64,000 bases of DNA, from positions 6,634,001 to 6,698,000 of the forward strand of contig NC_043000.1 of NCBI RefSeq assembly GCF_006345805.1. Reading direction: 5' to 3'. Below are positions 48,985-62,322 of the stretch, in pieces. Under the pieces are notes generated by a model. That model saw only the letters and a program-made list of their open reading frames with translations. It made no database searches and was not told the origin of the DNA. The DNA comes from Octopus sinensis. Lineage: Eukaryota. Within the stretch, counting starts at the first letter, position 1; every line of letters starts with the position of its first letter. Both the position numbers and the translations under genes were made by a program.

Positions 48985-51900
48985 CACACCCATGCTACAC
49001 CATATAGCAAAATGGCAACTCAACAGAATATATTAATCAATACTTAGAAAAAAAGAAAAAAGGTGTGAGTAGAGACAAAACAATGAAATTCAAGTCTATT
49101 GCAAATGAAGACACTGGAATCAATGAATTTAGTACTTAACAGAAGACTTAGTACAATCAAAGAGAAAAGTTAAAAGTGATCACATGCAAATAGCCTATAA
49201 TCAAGTAATAAAGATAGTTTCATGAAGGAAAAAGGACCAATGATGTAGATCTAACTGTAGACAGAAAGCTTGTCTACTGCAGATGTTTTTCACTGAAATG
49301 CTGAAGCTCCTAAAAGATATAGCTTTTACTTTAAATAAGTCATTTCTTCAGGTCTTTATAAACAAACAAAATTGAATGAAAAATTCAGAGACCATTTTTC
49401 AGAACAATACCAGAAATGAGAAATAAATAAATTGTGTAACCAAAAACATTTTCATGCTTTTTACTTATTCAAGATATCAAATTTTTTAAAGTTATTTCCT
49501 TGCATACAGAAAATTTATTACCTTCACTGAAAGAGCTGACCAACTTGGCCTTTGTAACTGGCATTTCAGTATGGTTTTTAAATATTCTTGTATCATTTAT
49601 TTCAATCAATATCAAAAACATTAATAAATTTATCAACTTCTTCAAAAAAAAAATTGAAACAACTTGATAACATCTAATTTGAAATTCATATAACGCAAAA
49701 TAAACATCTTGGAAGTGGTATTTTCTTTTTTTTACTTAAAAAAAACTTTTCTTTATTTTATTTTAACCAATGTTGATTCTTATGCCAAGCTAATGCTACT
49801 GTCACTTAAACCCTAAAGATTCAAAAATTAGCTTCTCAAAAGGAAATAGTCAAATCAATTTGCAAAGTATACCAGAATATATGTGAACATATGAGAATTA
49901 AAAACATTGCTGCTTTGTCTTTATTCCTATTATATTTGTATGTATATATTCTCATTTGCTGAATCTCATCTCAATAATAATTATCTAAAAATGTTAAAAA
50001 TAAACGTTTTCTATACTTTTCATTGTATTTTTTTTTAAATATCAGTTCATAAAGGATGTCAAATAATTGTTTTATAAAAGGACATTATTTGATTTTAATC
50101 TATGACAATTCAAGAAAATCATGGATTGTAGTATTTTTCTTTTTCATAGGATTCATATAATCAGTGACTGTTTAAGTCAAATTGATTTATTGGAAAAGAT
50201 ACTGTAATTCAGATTTGTCCTTAAAATGTATAGTTTAAAACAATTCCAGTTAGAAGAGAGCAAGTATTGACATCATTAAACAAGTTAATTCTATTCATGT
50301 GAAATACTTAACTTGAATGCAACATTTACCTATTATTTCAAATTTCTGATGCATATCAAATTTTGCCCAAAAAATATTGTTGATACAGCCAGTCTATCTT
50401 CAAGCATGTGTATATATGTATATAACCATTGTTCTTTTACTGGTTTCAATTATTTCACAGCAACAATACATAGGTAACTCCCTCAATATTTATGTCTGTT
50501 AATTCTTTTATCAGCCTCAAAAGATGAAATGCAAAGCCAACCAGGTGTGAATAGATGTAAATGGGATAGAATCCAATAGTAAGAGTTTATTTTTATTCAA
50601 CACACCAATTCTTCTTCCATCCCTACCAATATACATCAGACAAACTTCTATTATTTTCATCAACTAAATTTCACTCCCAAGGCTATTAGTAGAAGAAACT
50701 TGCTTAAAGTGTTTCACAGTATAATCAAATTAGCTACCACAATATTTCAAAGTAAACTTTTTAACATGTGCGTGTATACACATTTTTTAATAAAGGAAAC
50801 TATTCTAGAAAAAGTAAAGAAATTTAATCGAAACATTGATTTTCACACTTTAGCCCAAATCCTGAAACTTAGTTACAGAGTCTCTGTAAGCTACTCACTA
50901 GCCAAGTGAGATGCATTTCACAACACTACCAAGAATCTGTCTTCCATTTGCTTTGTAGGTCCTCAATTTTATGATATGTCTGAATAAATATAGCTGAATG
51001 GTCTTCATCCTCTATCAAGATATGGAAATCTCCAAAATATAACATTTGATATGGCCAGGTAATCAGATTAATAGCAGTTGTCAGCAAAACCTGCCCTGTG
51101 TTGAACAAACAACAGTAGAGATTGGAATATGTCCATAAATCTCCTCTTTGATTTGTGCTCACACTATGAGATGCCTGAGCCCTCATGAAAAAACTGATGT
51201 TAGTACCATATCATGGTAATCTTGAAGATCTATCTTTATAGAAAAGATTATAGCTCCAAAGAGAAGAATGTTCTCTACACATCCAAACGGCTAACCTTGT
51301 TGACACTGAAATACTCAAATGACAGGTTTTGAAGCTTGGCACATACTCTCCCGGTTTTATTCTGAACTGCCCACAAGAAGCTTTATAAGATTTCTAAGCA
51401 GAAGATGAATTCCCATTAATGAGTGGGTGATTAACATGAACACTTACCTACAATTAAAAGAAAACGAAACAAGCAGTTATGCTTATAATTTCTACTAAGT
51501 ACTACGATCATTCAAGAATGCAAAAAATATGTAGAAAAGTCAACAGAAAAAATAAAAGATACCTGAAGATGCTAACATAAAACATGAGAACTTCAGGATC
51601 AATTCCTGTTTTTGCAATGAATGAAGCTTACTAATATGGCACAATATCAGACCATACAAGACAAATAATAAGTCACTTGGTGTCATAACACAACTGATAG
51701 TTTCCTAGGTGCACTGCTACTTCTAATTCATTTCTACTTCATTATAATACTAGTTTCAGCTTTACTGAATTAACATAGCCACTCTTTATTAGCAACAACT
51801 GCAGCTTGTTACATTATGCACACACCAACTAAATGGTAAACATCATTAAAAAGATTTACAACCATGAACAACAAACATATGGACAATAATTGCTTAAATC

Positions 51901-53619
51901 TATTGCTACTGCAAACCAGACTTTTTCTGTATAAGGAATGTGCCTCTACTAAGATATCTTTTGAACTAATGCGATAGAAGCAAAAGCTTGTAGTTTATAG
52001 AAGACAGTAAAAAAGAAAATCTTATTTCAAATGTTCTCTCATATAGAAAATCACAAAAACAAAATCTGATCAAATAAAATACTCCCCAAGTAAAAATTGT
52101 GCTTATCTTTATTTAATGAAAGTCACCGAACTGGAGTCAAAGCAATGATGATACTGTTTTGCAATTTTACTTTTTTGTTTTTGTTTTTTTGCTCCATTAG
52201 AAATGAATAAGTTTTCAATTAGTTAGATTCTCAGTTTTTATTTATTTAGGCAAGAAGCTTCTTTTTTTTTTTTGTTTCCTATATGCAATTAGTAAAGGTG
52301 ACTATGATGATAAAGATTGATCACCCTCAAATTGATGGTTCCTACCTACAACGTCTACTATTCAGTTATTACTGAAGCTTCCCAGCTGATTCTTCCACAA
52401 TAGCTGACAATGCTGGGTGATCCTACGTTTAATTATTCTCATCACCAGCAGGAATTTTGAAGCTCACACAGTGACAGCGGTTTAAAAGGCTTCTCTTTAC
52501 ACTGGAAACACAAAGATTTGTAAACTTTAATTTTGAACTTAATTGGCATGAAGAAAAAGGTAACTTTCAAATTTACCATATTCGAGTAATTTTTTTTCAA
52601 AGCAAAATCTGCATCAAACAAATTAGGAAAAATCTTTAAAAAAAAAAAAAGAAAAAAGGTAAAATAGAATGAAGCTGTAGAAGTAATGTCACCTTGTTAA
52701 TAGAATGCATAATCACATATTTATTTTCAAGTGGTGTCTTATAACTGAGACTTGTATAATGAGTGAAAATGCTTATCACTATAGCAACCACACTCCACTA
52801 ATTTCCTTTGTAGTGAATCCCAAAACAGCACTTTTTTCTTATGAATAATTAGTTTATTTTATAAATAATTAGTTTATTTTATAGAATTACACATCTTTGT
52901 GCAGAAAACTGTTATAATTCCACTGGTCAGTCTGTGATCAGTGAAACTGTAACATCTATAGAAATCCTAAATATAAACCATTGCTTTTGTTTTGTTTTTA
53001 TCTTCTACCATGCTATTCAACTCCATGTTGTCAATATAAAAAGCTATTATGTGCTTGAAACATTTTACTTAAATTTTTTATTTGAAGTCAATATTCAGTC
53101 GTTAAATTTGAGTGGAATATGTTTCCAAACTCAATTTTTTTTTATTTGCAAGAGAAAAATATTGGTACTTATTTGTTGGCAAATGAAAATTTCAATATGA
53201 TTTTCCAATGATACAACGGCATTTTAGGCCAAGCCAATCAATCTAAGGAAAAAATGGTGTTCCTATATACAGAATTGTCATATAACAAGACCTTGTATCC
53301 ACGCACACATGCACACAAGCGTAAAATAAAGCATGGACAAATCTACTTCACATGTCAAAAATAAGATTTCTAACTTTGATCAACTCATCTTAAATGACAA
53401 GTAGACTTTTTTTTTAATGTTAAACTTAATTTTCCGTGGTTTCTATAAGCAAGAGATTATGTATCTTGCTTATTAAAATGACTTACAAATGAAGGTCTTG
53501 CTTACCACAAATCATACCTGGCAAAGTTGTTACAATAAGTTGTCAAACAAAGAGGACAGTTTGATTCCAATAAACAAGTCTAGCTCATCCCTATGAGTGA
53601 TTGTTGGGTTTCACAATTA

Positions 53620-54140
53620 CAGAGAATCTATCCAGATGAAAGCATAGCTGCATCAGAAAGACTAGATCTTCTCTTCAAGCCAAAAAGAGACATCAGCGGC
53701 ACTCAATAATTGATATTCTACAAAGCTCAGATAAGGCCCCCAATGAAGTACTGCTCTCACATCTGAGATAGTGTTGGTGATGCACATACAGACATCTTAG
53801 ACAACATCCAGAAAAGAGTCATCCAACTGATACTGACAGGCATAAAGTCCGTCAGATATGCTCCAGCCTCTGGTCCACAAGTGGGTTGTTTCCTCTCGGT
53901 CTTTCCTTCTACCACAATGACCTCTGCTCCTCGGAGGAGACTGGATTCATGCCACCTCCACTCAAGCACTCCTGTCCCACTTGTGTCTACACTTTTGATC
54001 ATTCTTTTATCCAATTTCCTGGTTAAATGCTAATCACTATGCTCCATCCTTCCCTCTCAGAGTACAAGCTTTCTGGAATTACCTTCCTCCTCATGCTGAC
54101 TTTCAAAAGTTCAAAAGGAACATCAATGGCATCAATCTCA
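53620..54140 (+). pseudogene. CR1/L2/Jockey-group LINE RT C-terminal remnant
   Basis: IFYKAQIRPPMKYCSHI*DSVGDAHTDILDNIQKRVIQLI matches the LYKAQIRPxxEYCSHxW...LDRIQKRA motif. Confidence 0.7.
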
Positions 54141-55168
54141 CTGGTCAGGTAAACATACAAAAACCAGTGGAACTAACCTTTCCTCCAGAGCCAGCAAGGG
54201 AAAAGATACCATAGAAAAACAAAATGGAATAGACAGGACTAGAGAAGATACATGGGACAGAAAGATGCTAAAGAGGTCACAGTAAATGTGACAAAGAATT
54301 TTGACAACTAAAAATAATAATAAAGCTAAAGTGAAGGTCAAATAGTGCAGGTGTTATCAGTAAAAGATGACCATCCCAAAATATAACAATAATATAAATA
54401 AACATTTCAATAAACTAGCATTCATTCTCAGGAAAGGAGAAATGCTAAATACTACTGAAATAAGATGATGCCAAGCAAGTGACATACATACAATTCTCCA
54501 GTTAACAGACCCTTCCTCGTTTGTGACCTACCTTGCCCTATTAAAATCCAAGCATTCCTCACTTTAATGTGTAATGAATGAAATGTACCTTAACATAAAG
54601 CGGAACCTGTTATGGGAATGCAGAGCAGGTAAACTAGAGCAGATGAATAACATTGTCAAGAAATATAACACACCTGTAGTAATTTTTCAACTTCTGACTC
54701 AACCAGACGGTGGTGAGTGATGTACTTTAATCTCACATTTTATATAAATTTAATAGAAATTAGGATAAGTTCAGTTTCATATGAGTTGACATAAAATTTT
54801 TTTTTTTTTTACAAAGCTTCAATTATTTTAAAAATCACATTTTTCTGGATTGTTCCACTATGACTAACAAAATTCTACGGTTACTAATTAAAGTAGAAAA
54901 CCTTTTATGATCAATTAACCATTGTATTACAGGTAGAATTAATTATTTGCTAAAGGCAAAATTTTTTTGAGTTAAAAATCCATTTATTGATCTACTAAAC
55001 TATAGAGAATATAATGACAAAAGTGAATGTTGTAACAAATGTCGAATTGATGGAAAGGAATAAAGCCAATAAAATGTCTCAATCTGGTCGCTCAACCAAC
55101 CAGACAGAAAATTTCCTTCATAACAAACCCCCACAATCTCAAGAAAAGGAAGGTGAGATACATAGACA

Positions 55169-55505
55169 CAGGCATGGCTGTGTGGTAAGAAGCTTGCTTC
55201 CCGGTTCAGTCCCACTGTGTGACACCTTGGGCAAGTGTCTTCTACTATAGCCTCAGCTGAACAAAAGCCTCGTGAGTAAACGGAAACTGAAAGAAGCCCA
55301 TCATGTATATATATATATGGCTGTGTGTCTGTGTTTGTCCCCCCACCATTGCTTGACAACCAATGGGTCTTTACATCCCCATAACTTAGTGGCTTGGCAA
55401 AAGAGACTGACAGAATAAGTACTATGCTTACATAGAATAAGTCCTGGGGTCAATTTATTCGAGTAAAGGCAGTGCTGCAGTCAAATGACAAACTAGTAAA
55501 AGAAT
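55169..55505 (+). mobile_element. Well-preserved tRNA-derived SINE
   Basis: A-box-like TGGCTGTGTGG and B-box-like GGTTCAGTCC, followed by ccttgggcaagtgtcttctactatagcc and the body found in several other copies in the window. Confidence 0.85.
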
Positions 55506-55624
55506 ACATTGTATAATGTGATCCTAGAATCAGTATCTGAAAAAATAAAGGGCACAAGCATGACTATGATTAAGCTTAATTCCCTGCCGCATTCAATCCC
55601 ACCTTGTGCAAGTGTCTTCCACAG

Positions 55625-55846
55625 CAGTGGTTCCTAAAGTGTGCAGTACTGCTCCCTTGGGGGCAGTGGAAACATTGAAGTGGGATGACAGATGTAAAGA
55701 AAAATTTAATAGTTAGGTTTAAGTTTTAATTGTGAAATACAGCTGTTTTGAATCTGCTGTAGAAAGTAATCTATGTGGTGGGGAGGGTGAGGAATGTAAC
55801 TTGGGTGCCAAGGGAGCAACAGCCTGGAAAAGATGGGAAACCACTG
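55625..55846. mobile_element. hAT-type MITE nested in a SINE (55560-56190)
   Basis: Termini CAGTGGTTCCTAAAG...GATGGGAAACCACTG. Flanking 8-mers ttccacag/ttgtacag (6/8 match). The SINE sequence resumes on both sides. Confidence 0.65.
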
Positions 55847-58800
55847 TTGTACAGCGCCATAGACCAGCCAAAGCCTTGAGTGGATCTGGTCAATGTTAAC
55901 TGAAAGGATTAAATAAATATATGTAAACATATATGTTTGTGTGGTAGTGTGTGCAAATTTGGGTTTCCTTGTCCTGATATCACATGATAGCAGTAAGTGA
56001 GTGCCAATGCCATACAAGCAGTGTCGTTCACTTCCAATATCCTGCGGAAACTTATCTGGTCATGGGAAAACATTACCTTGATTGGAAGAGGTGAGAGCTA
56101 ACAGCAGGAAAGACATCCAACCATAGAAAATATGTCTCAATATATTCCTTCCAACCCATGCAAACATGGAAAAGTGGATGCTAAAATGAATAGTCATTGT
56201 GAAATACCTGGTCTACTCAACCAGGTCCTCACCTGGGATAACTTGAAATCAAACACTTGACTAGTCATCACTTAATAAAAGCTAACCACCATATATAGCT
56301 GATTAGCTTTTAGTTTGATATCAGTTGATAAGTTATCATTGAAGTTGTTGGAGCATCCCTAGTGAAATGTCCTGTGGCTATTTTCTTTTTCTTCTTAAAC
56401 TCACAGCAACTTACCATCTCGAAATCAAGTAATTGACTGTGACATTTAAGAAAATTTCAAGTTAAATTCATGAGTTATCCAATTGCTATGTCAAACATCC
56501 AGCAGTTTGACATATCTCCTCTAGACCAAAAATACAGGTTATTTTATTAACCTGGAGATAAAAAGCCAAGTTGACCTACGTTAATCAGTAAACCATTAAT
56601 TCACTCGAACTTGTCACCAGCAAATACCGGGGGCCCCCCTCCCTCCCCTTTGTGCAGCTATAAGCACATGCAACCAAAAAAAGAAAAAGAAAAACGAACG
56701 TAACTGCAATGACAAAGCACGATTAAAGATGAGTAGGCCAACAAATAATCCTTTCATTAAAAGGTATTATGCGAGTTAAGATTTTAATTATACAAAAATT
56801 AGTTCGCTCTGATTACATAGATAATTTATGTATACTTTTAATATACCTTTCTTAACCAAATACTATAAAACTGCACCCTTTTAAAATTTACTGGCAATGG
56901 AAACATTGATTAGATAATTATATATCTATACATATTAAGCAACTGAAGATAATCAAATGAGAATAAGATATATCGAGATAGTGATTTTTAAAAAAAAAAC
57001 CATAAATCTTAGGTTTTTATTTCGAAGCAGGTAAACATTTTACGACAGTAACAACAGCAGCAGCATATTAGATAAACGAAAAATACTTGAAGAGATTTAA
57101 ACCAAAAATTTTAATTATATTACACATTCACCTCTTCCTCTATCAGCAGGCGAACATATGGCAATTGGCAACAAGAGGGTTAGTGACCTGAAGACTAGAG
57201 GAGGTCAACTCTAGCTAGTGTGAAAAACTTCACTAATTCAGGTCACTCCATCTGCAGCAAGAGAAGAAAAGAAAATGTCTCAAGACCACTGTTTTAATAC
57301 AGATATTTATTCATGTCGGAGTAGCTTATTTCAACCAGTTTGACACTTACCTCACTAGCAAAATATGCCCATTGATAACGAACCCAATAATAAAATAGCT
57401 AATTCATTAATATTTTGTTTGTGTCAGACATGTTTTAAGTTTACCACCGTCAAAACTTGAAATACTACAAAGGAAAAAAACACAAAAAAGAAAAAAAATG
57501 CCACTTCATACAAAAGACAAACCTTTTCTCTCAAAATAAACAAGAGTATCCAGATTCCACCCGAAGAATACCTAAATGGGTTAGTTTCCAAAATGGTAAC
57601 AACGAGTCTGTTTTTGTCTCCCCAAAACAGAAAAAGATGGAAGTTATTTCAGACCATTTTACAACAATCAATTTATTTAGTTTCAAATCTAACATTTCAC
57701 CTTTTTTTAATCATAAATTTGCAGACCAGAACAGGATTTACAGGATTTTTTTTTAAACTGGACAACGGTGACCAAACATTAAAAATACATTAAAATGAAA
57801 GGGGAAATGTAAATGTTATAAAGATATTTCATATGAATTTTTGACTAATAAAGAAAATGCTTTTATTCCCTTCTAGTAAATAGTTATTCGTACTAAAACA
57901 AAGTCCAGATTTAAACGGAATACCTACATCTTCATTTTCAAATATAATGTCTCGTAACGTACGAATTTTTAATAAAAGAACCCAAGCTAAATCGTACGTA
58001 ACAGATAAATTTCATTCATACCAGCATCACTTATTTCTGAGAAAATTTAAGCAATAAACTCCAAAATTTTCAAAACCTGTTATCATTTATGAAATGGATT
58101 TCAAGTGTGTGCGCGTGTGTGTGTGTGCGTGTGTGTGCGTGCGCGCATTTCGAACAATCAAGAAATTTCTATCGTAATCTTTCTCCCATACAAAGCAATG
58201 GAGCAGTAAAAATGCTTCATTCAGAAATGACAATTAATCAACAGCTACTCATATACAGCAGCTTCGGTGTTGCTTTATTTTGTTTGTTTTCCCCCTTAAA
58301 ACCTGTCCAAATTCGGAAGGGTCTTTCTGTTTTTGCCAGTACCAGCAACTAACCAGATTTTTTAAGACTACATTTCGAGCTGTGATGGTTAAACGAGAGC
58401 CCAGCCATCATCATTTATCGTCACAAAATCGCATCGATTTCTATCATGCTTAGGTTATCATCGAATCTCTCAATTCAACAGCGCTTTCAAAAGTACAACC
58501 ATATTTAACGGTTAAGAAATTGAAAATAAAAACCAAACTGTCACCTAAATATTATACTCCAACGCAATACAGTTTTATGTTAATTATGGCAAAGCATCGG
58601 AAGAAGATATTTCCAGTGTTTCACAGCAATTCGATGTTGCAATGTTGTCTGGCAAGGAAGGGTCGGTGGGAAGAGGAGGGGGGTTAAGAGAATCGATCAG
58701 AATAATGAATTCGATTACAAGTAGCATTAAAACAGCTGGAAATCGTATGACTTCATTCTCCCTTAATTTGTAAAATAAATAAATAAATATTAGCGATGGA

Positions 58801-59125
58801 CGGAAGCCTATACATACGTATGTATATATGTGCGTGTGTACGAGTGTCCTCTGTTCTACTAAGAAATAATCTTGTCCTGTATTAGGCAATCGCAGAAAGG
58901 AAGAAAAACAGAAGAATATGCGAGAGAACAACAACAAATGCTACCGGATCAGTCGACACAAAGTTACTAGATCAGGAGTAAAAGGAATGGGGGAAAAAAT
59001 TAAATAATAAAGCTCTTTTTAAATTCACAGTATTTAATCAAGTAAATAACGAGAATGTCTGAACGAGAAATAGAACGCAATATACACGATTATATACATA
59101 TATATATGTATATATATTATATATA

Positions 59126-59209
59126 TAGTCACCTCCAACACATGTATGTATGTATATATATATATATATATATATACATATATCTCCATACATGTGTTGG
59201 AGGTGACTA
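59126..59209. repeat. Perfect 23-bp inverted repeat around a (TA)n core
   Basis: tagtcacctccaacacatgtatg (59126-59148) and catacatgtgttggaggtgacta (59187-59209) are exact reverse complements. Confidence 0.95.
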
Positions 59210-60079
59210 GCGTTTGATTTAAATATTAAATTTGAACACAAAAGACAAGACAACTGTCTCCCGTTTATCCTTCTTTTATATACGAAGGATTTTTTTTTTT
59301 TTTCTGGATGCCTTGATTTATGGCTTGTTTGGAACTGTGAAGTTCCAAGGTCCATTTGGTGTTCCAAACAAACTGATACGACTAAAAAGAAAAGGGGAAA
59401 AGGCCTTAATAGGGGAGCGGATTCGCGTTTTCCATCCATCATTCAAAAGAAACGCTTCTCCTCTCCATAGACACACGCTTCTTTTCCCGTTCCAATTATC
59501 CATATCTTCAATTTTAAATATCCACACACACACACGTTGTTTCCCGTTCAAATATCCACAAATTCAATTTGAAACATACACGCACTCACACACACACATC
59601 CATCACACGTTCTGTTTCCCATTGAAACATTCGCGTATTCAATCCACACATACACACCACATAGACACCACGTACCATTTTGTCTTTCTTTCTTTATCCA
59701 AATGGTTTTATAATCTATTTATATTCCCCCCATTGCAACAACCAGCCAGTCAGTACTACAACATCCACGTGATGAGTGTCCTAGTTGGCAAGTTTAATAT
59801 TGCGAGGACTGCAGTCAGTGGCTGGCGAACTAATATCAGAAAACTATGAAGGAAGAAGAAGAAGCCAGAGCACGCACCGAATATTATTATTACAATTAAT
59901 AAAACTAGTGGCAGCCTTGGCCTGGCCTAGTCTCGGCCCCCCTTTGGCTGCCAACACACAACCTCTCCCAACATACGGTTACCTTTCCACAATAAATACT
60001 TCTTCGTCGACCGAAATTAATAACGTAAAACAAAATTGATTTTTTTTCCTTCCTCCCTTAATAATGGAGAGAAGTAGTA

Positions 60080-60440
60080 GTAATAGTAGTGGTAGTAATA
60101 GTAGTTGTAGTAATAGTATATTGCTGTACTACCCACAAGGGGACAAACATAGAGAGGACAGACAAACGGATTGAGTCGATTACATCGACCCCCTAGTTCA
60201 TATCTGGTACTTTAATTATCGACCCCGAAAGGATGAAAGGCAAAGTCGACCAAAGTAGTGGTAGTAATAGTATATTGCTTTACTACCCACAAGGGGCTAA
60301 ACACAGAGGGGACAAACAAGGACAGACATAGGTATTAAGTCGACTACATCGACCCCCCAGTGCGAAACTGGTACTTTATTTATCGACCCCGAAAGGAGGA
60401 AAGGCAAAGTCGACTAAAGTAGAGGTAGTAATAGTAATCA
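60080..60440 (-). mobile_element. Two tandem, identically truncated SINE fragments
   Basis: Each contains ctggtact...ttatcgaccccgaaagga.gaaaggcaaagtcgac and ends in aaagtag.ggtagtaatagta. Confidence 0.7.
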
Positions 60441-60445
60441 TGACT

Positions 60446-60447
60446 GC

Positions 60448-60522
<75 letters not shown>
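60446..60522. repeat. (TA)n + (GATA)n compound microsatellite
   Basis: Direct reading. Confidence 0.95.
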
Positions 60523-60523
<1 letters not shown>

Positions 60524-60747
60524 GAATATATTTCAAATAACAATGAAGCATCATTCTGACGACAATAAAAGTAAATAGGATTCGGTTAGTAAGAACGACA
60601 GCAACTGTTGTTAAATATTCATTTTGAAAATAAGAAAAAATGTCTCCGATTTTCTAAGCGAAATACATTTCACAATAGGCCAAGGTTTGTCAAGATACAT
60701 TCATAAAGACACATACCTACCTACCTAATATATTTACACACTACTAC

Positions 60748-60786
60748 GTGTATATGTGTATTATATGTATGTATGTGTATGTGTAT

Positions 60787-60822
<36 letters not shown>

Positions 60823-61154
60823 CTGTGTATATATATATATCTGGTATATATATATATATCTGTATATATATATATATACTGTATATATATATATATAATC
60901 TGTATATATATATATGTTATATATATATATATGTATGTATATATATATATATCGTATATATATATATGTATATATATATATGTATATATAATATGTATAT
61001 ATATATATGTATTATATATATATATATGTATATATATATATGTATTATATATATATGTATTATATGTATATATATATATGTATATATATGTATATATATA
61101 TATGTATATATATTGTATATATATATATATAATATATGTATATATATATGTATA

Positions 61155-61196
<42 letters not shown>

Positions 61197-62034
61197 GTAT
61201 ATATATATATGTATATATATGTATATATATGTATATATATATATGTATATATATGTATATATATATATGTATATATGTATTATATATATATATATATATC
61301 TGTATATATATATCTGTGTATATATATATGTATAAATATATCTGTGTATATATATATATATAATATCTGTATATATATATATATGTATAAATATATCTGT
61401 ATATATATATATATATGTATAAATATATCTGTATATATATATATAACACTCACACTATATGCAAACATATATTCATTTATAAACATACAAATATATGCGC
61501 ACATTTTACATTTATATATACATGCACTTATATATATATATATATGTATATATGCACACATTACATATACATTAAAGGTCTCTATACATACACGCACACA
61601 GACATACACTGTGTTCAATTATGTCATATACATTTATATACACATGCACTTATATATAATATATATATATATATATATGTATATATATGCACACATATCT
61701 ACATATACATTAAAGGTCTCTATACATACACTATGTTCAATTATGTCATATACATACACTCAAGTACATACAAAGACAGATTGTATGTGTATTAATATAT
61801 ATAACAGATTGTGTATATAGATATGATTAAATAGGAGTATCAATATGCGTGAGTATGTATATATGTGTGTATATATGTATATATGTGTATATATATGTAT
61901 ATATGTGAATGTGTGTGTGTGTATATGTGTGTATGTATGTGTGTATATATATATGTGAATGTATGTATATATAAGTGTGTGTGTGTGTGTATATACATAT
62001 ATATGTATGTGTATGTACGTGTGTGTATATATAA

Positions 62035-62073
<39 letters not shown>

Positions 62074-62202
62074 AATGTATGTATGTGTATGTATATATAT
62101 ATGTATATATATATGTGTATGTGTGTCAGTCCTCCTCCTCCGCCACACACACACACAGAGAGAGAGAGAGAAAGAGACACAGAGAGAGAGAGAGAGAGAG
62201 AG
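60748..62202. repeat. ~1.45-kb compound (TA)n/(TATATG)n/(TG)n/(GA)n low-complexity block
   Basis: Direct reading; includes an imperfect ~125-bp duplication at ~61523-61760. Confidence 0.95.
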
Positions 62203-62322
62203 TCGCACTTGACGGAACGCCTGAGGCCATCACTCGAACACACAATTCGACAAACCTAAAACAAAAATACGGCATTAAACAAGATCTACCAACTCCCATC
62301 GTACGGCACAACTAAATCTTAC

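Larger units (their letters stand above)
3326..62322 (-). other. VAP: VAP intron 1 (~59.0 kb)
   Basis: GT donor at 62322-62321 and AG acceptor at 3327-3326. Phases match (1/1) and the joined peptide is continuous (RFR-G-PFTD). No other host coding exon was recognised in between. Confidence 0.88.

Noticed and set aside
50955-51062. Plus-strand exon-like segment (tttgtag|...CAG|gtaatc)
   Set aside because: Stops in all three frames and no partner exons found; it lies beside decayed LINE sequence.
57900-60040. Nested protein-coding gene in the CpG-retaining region (ORFs 58584-58937, 59038-59442, 59232-59849)
   Set aside because: The peptides are low-complexity with no recognisable domain or consistent exon chain.
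60748-62315. Long Tyr/Ile/Cys/His-rich ORFs (e.g. 60756-61820, 354 aa)
   Set aside because: They are translations of (TA)n/(TG)n microsatellite, which lacks stop codons; not genes.
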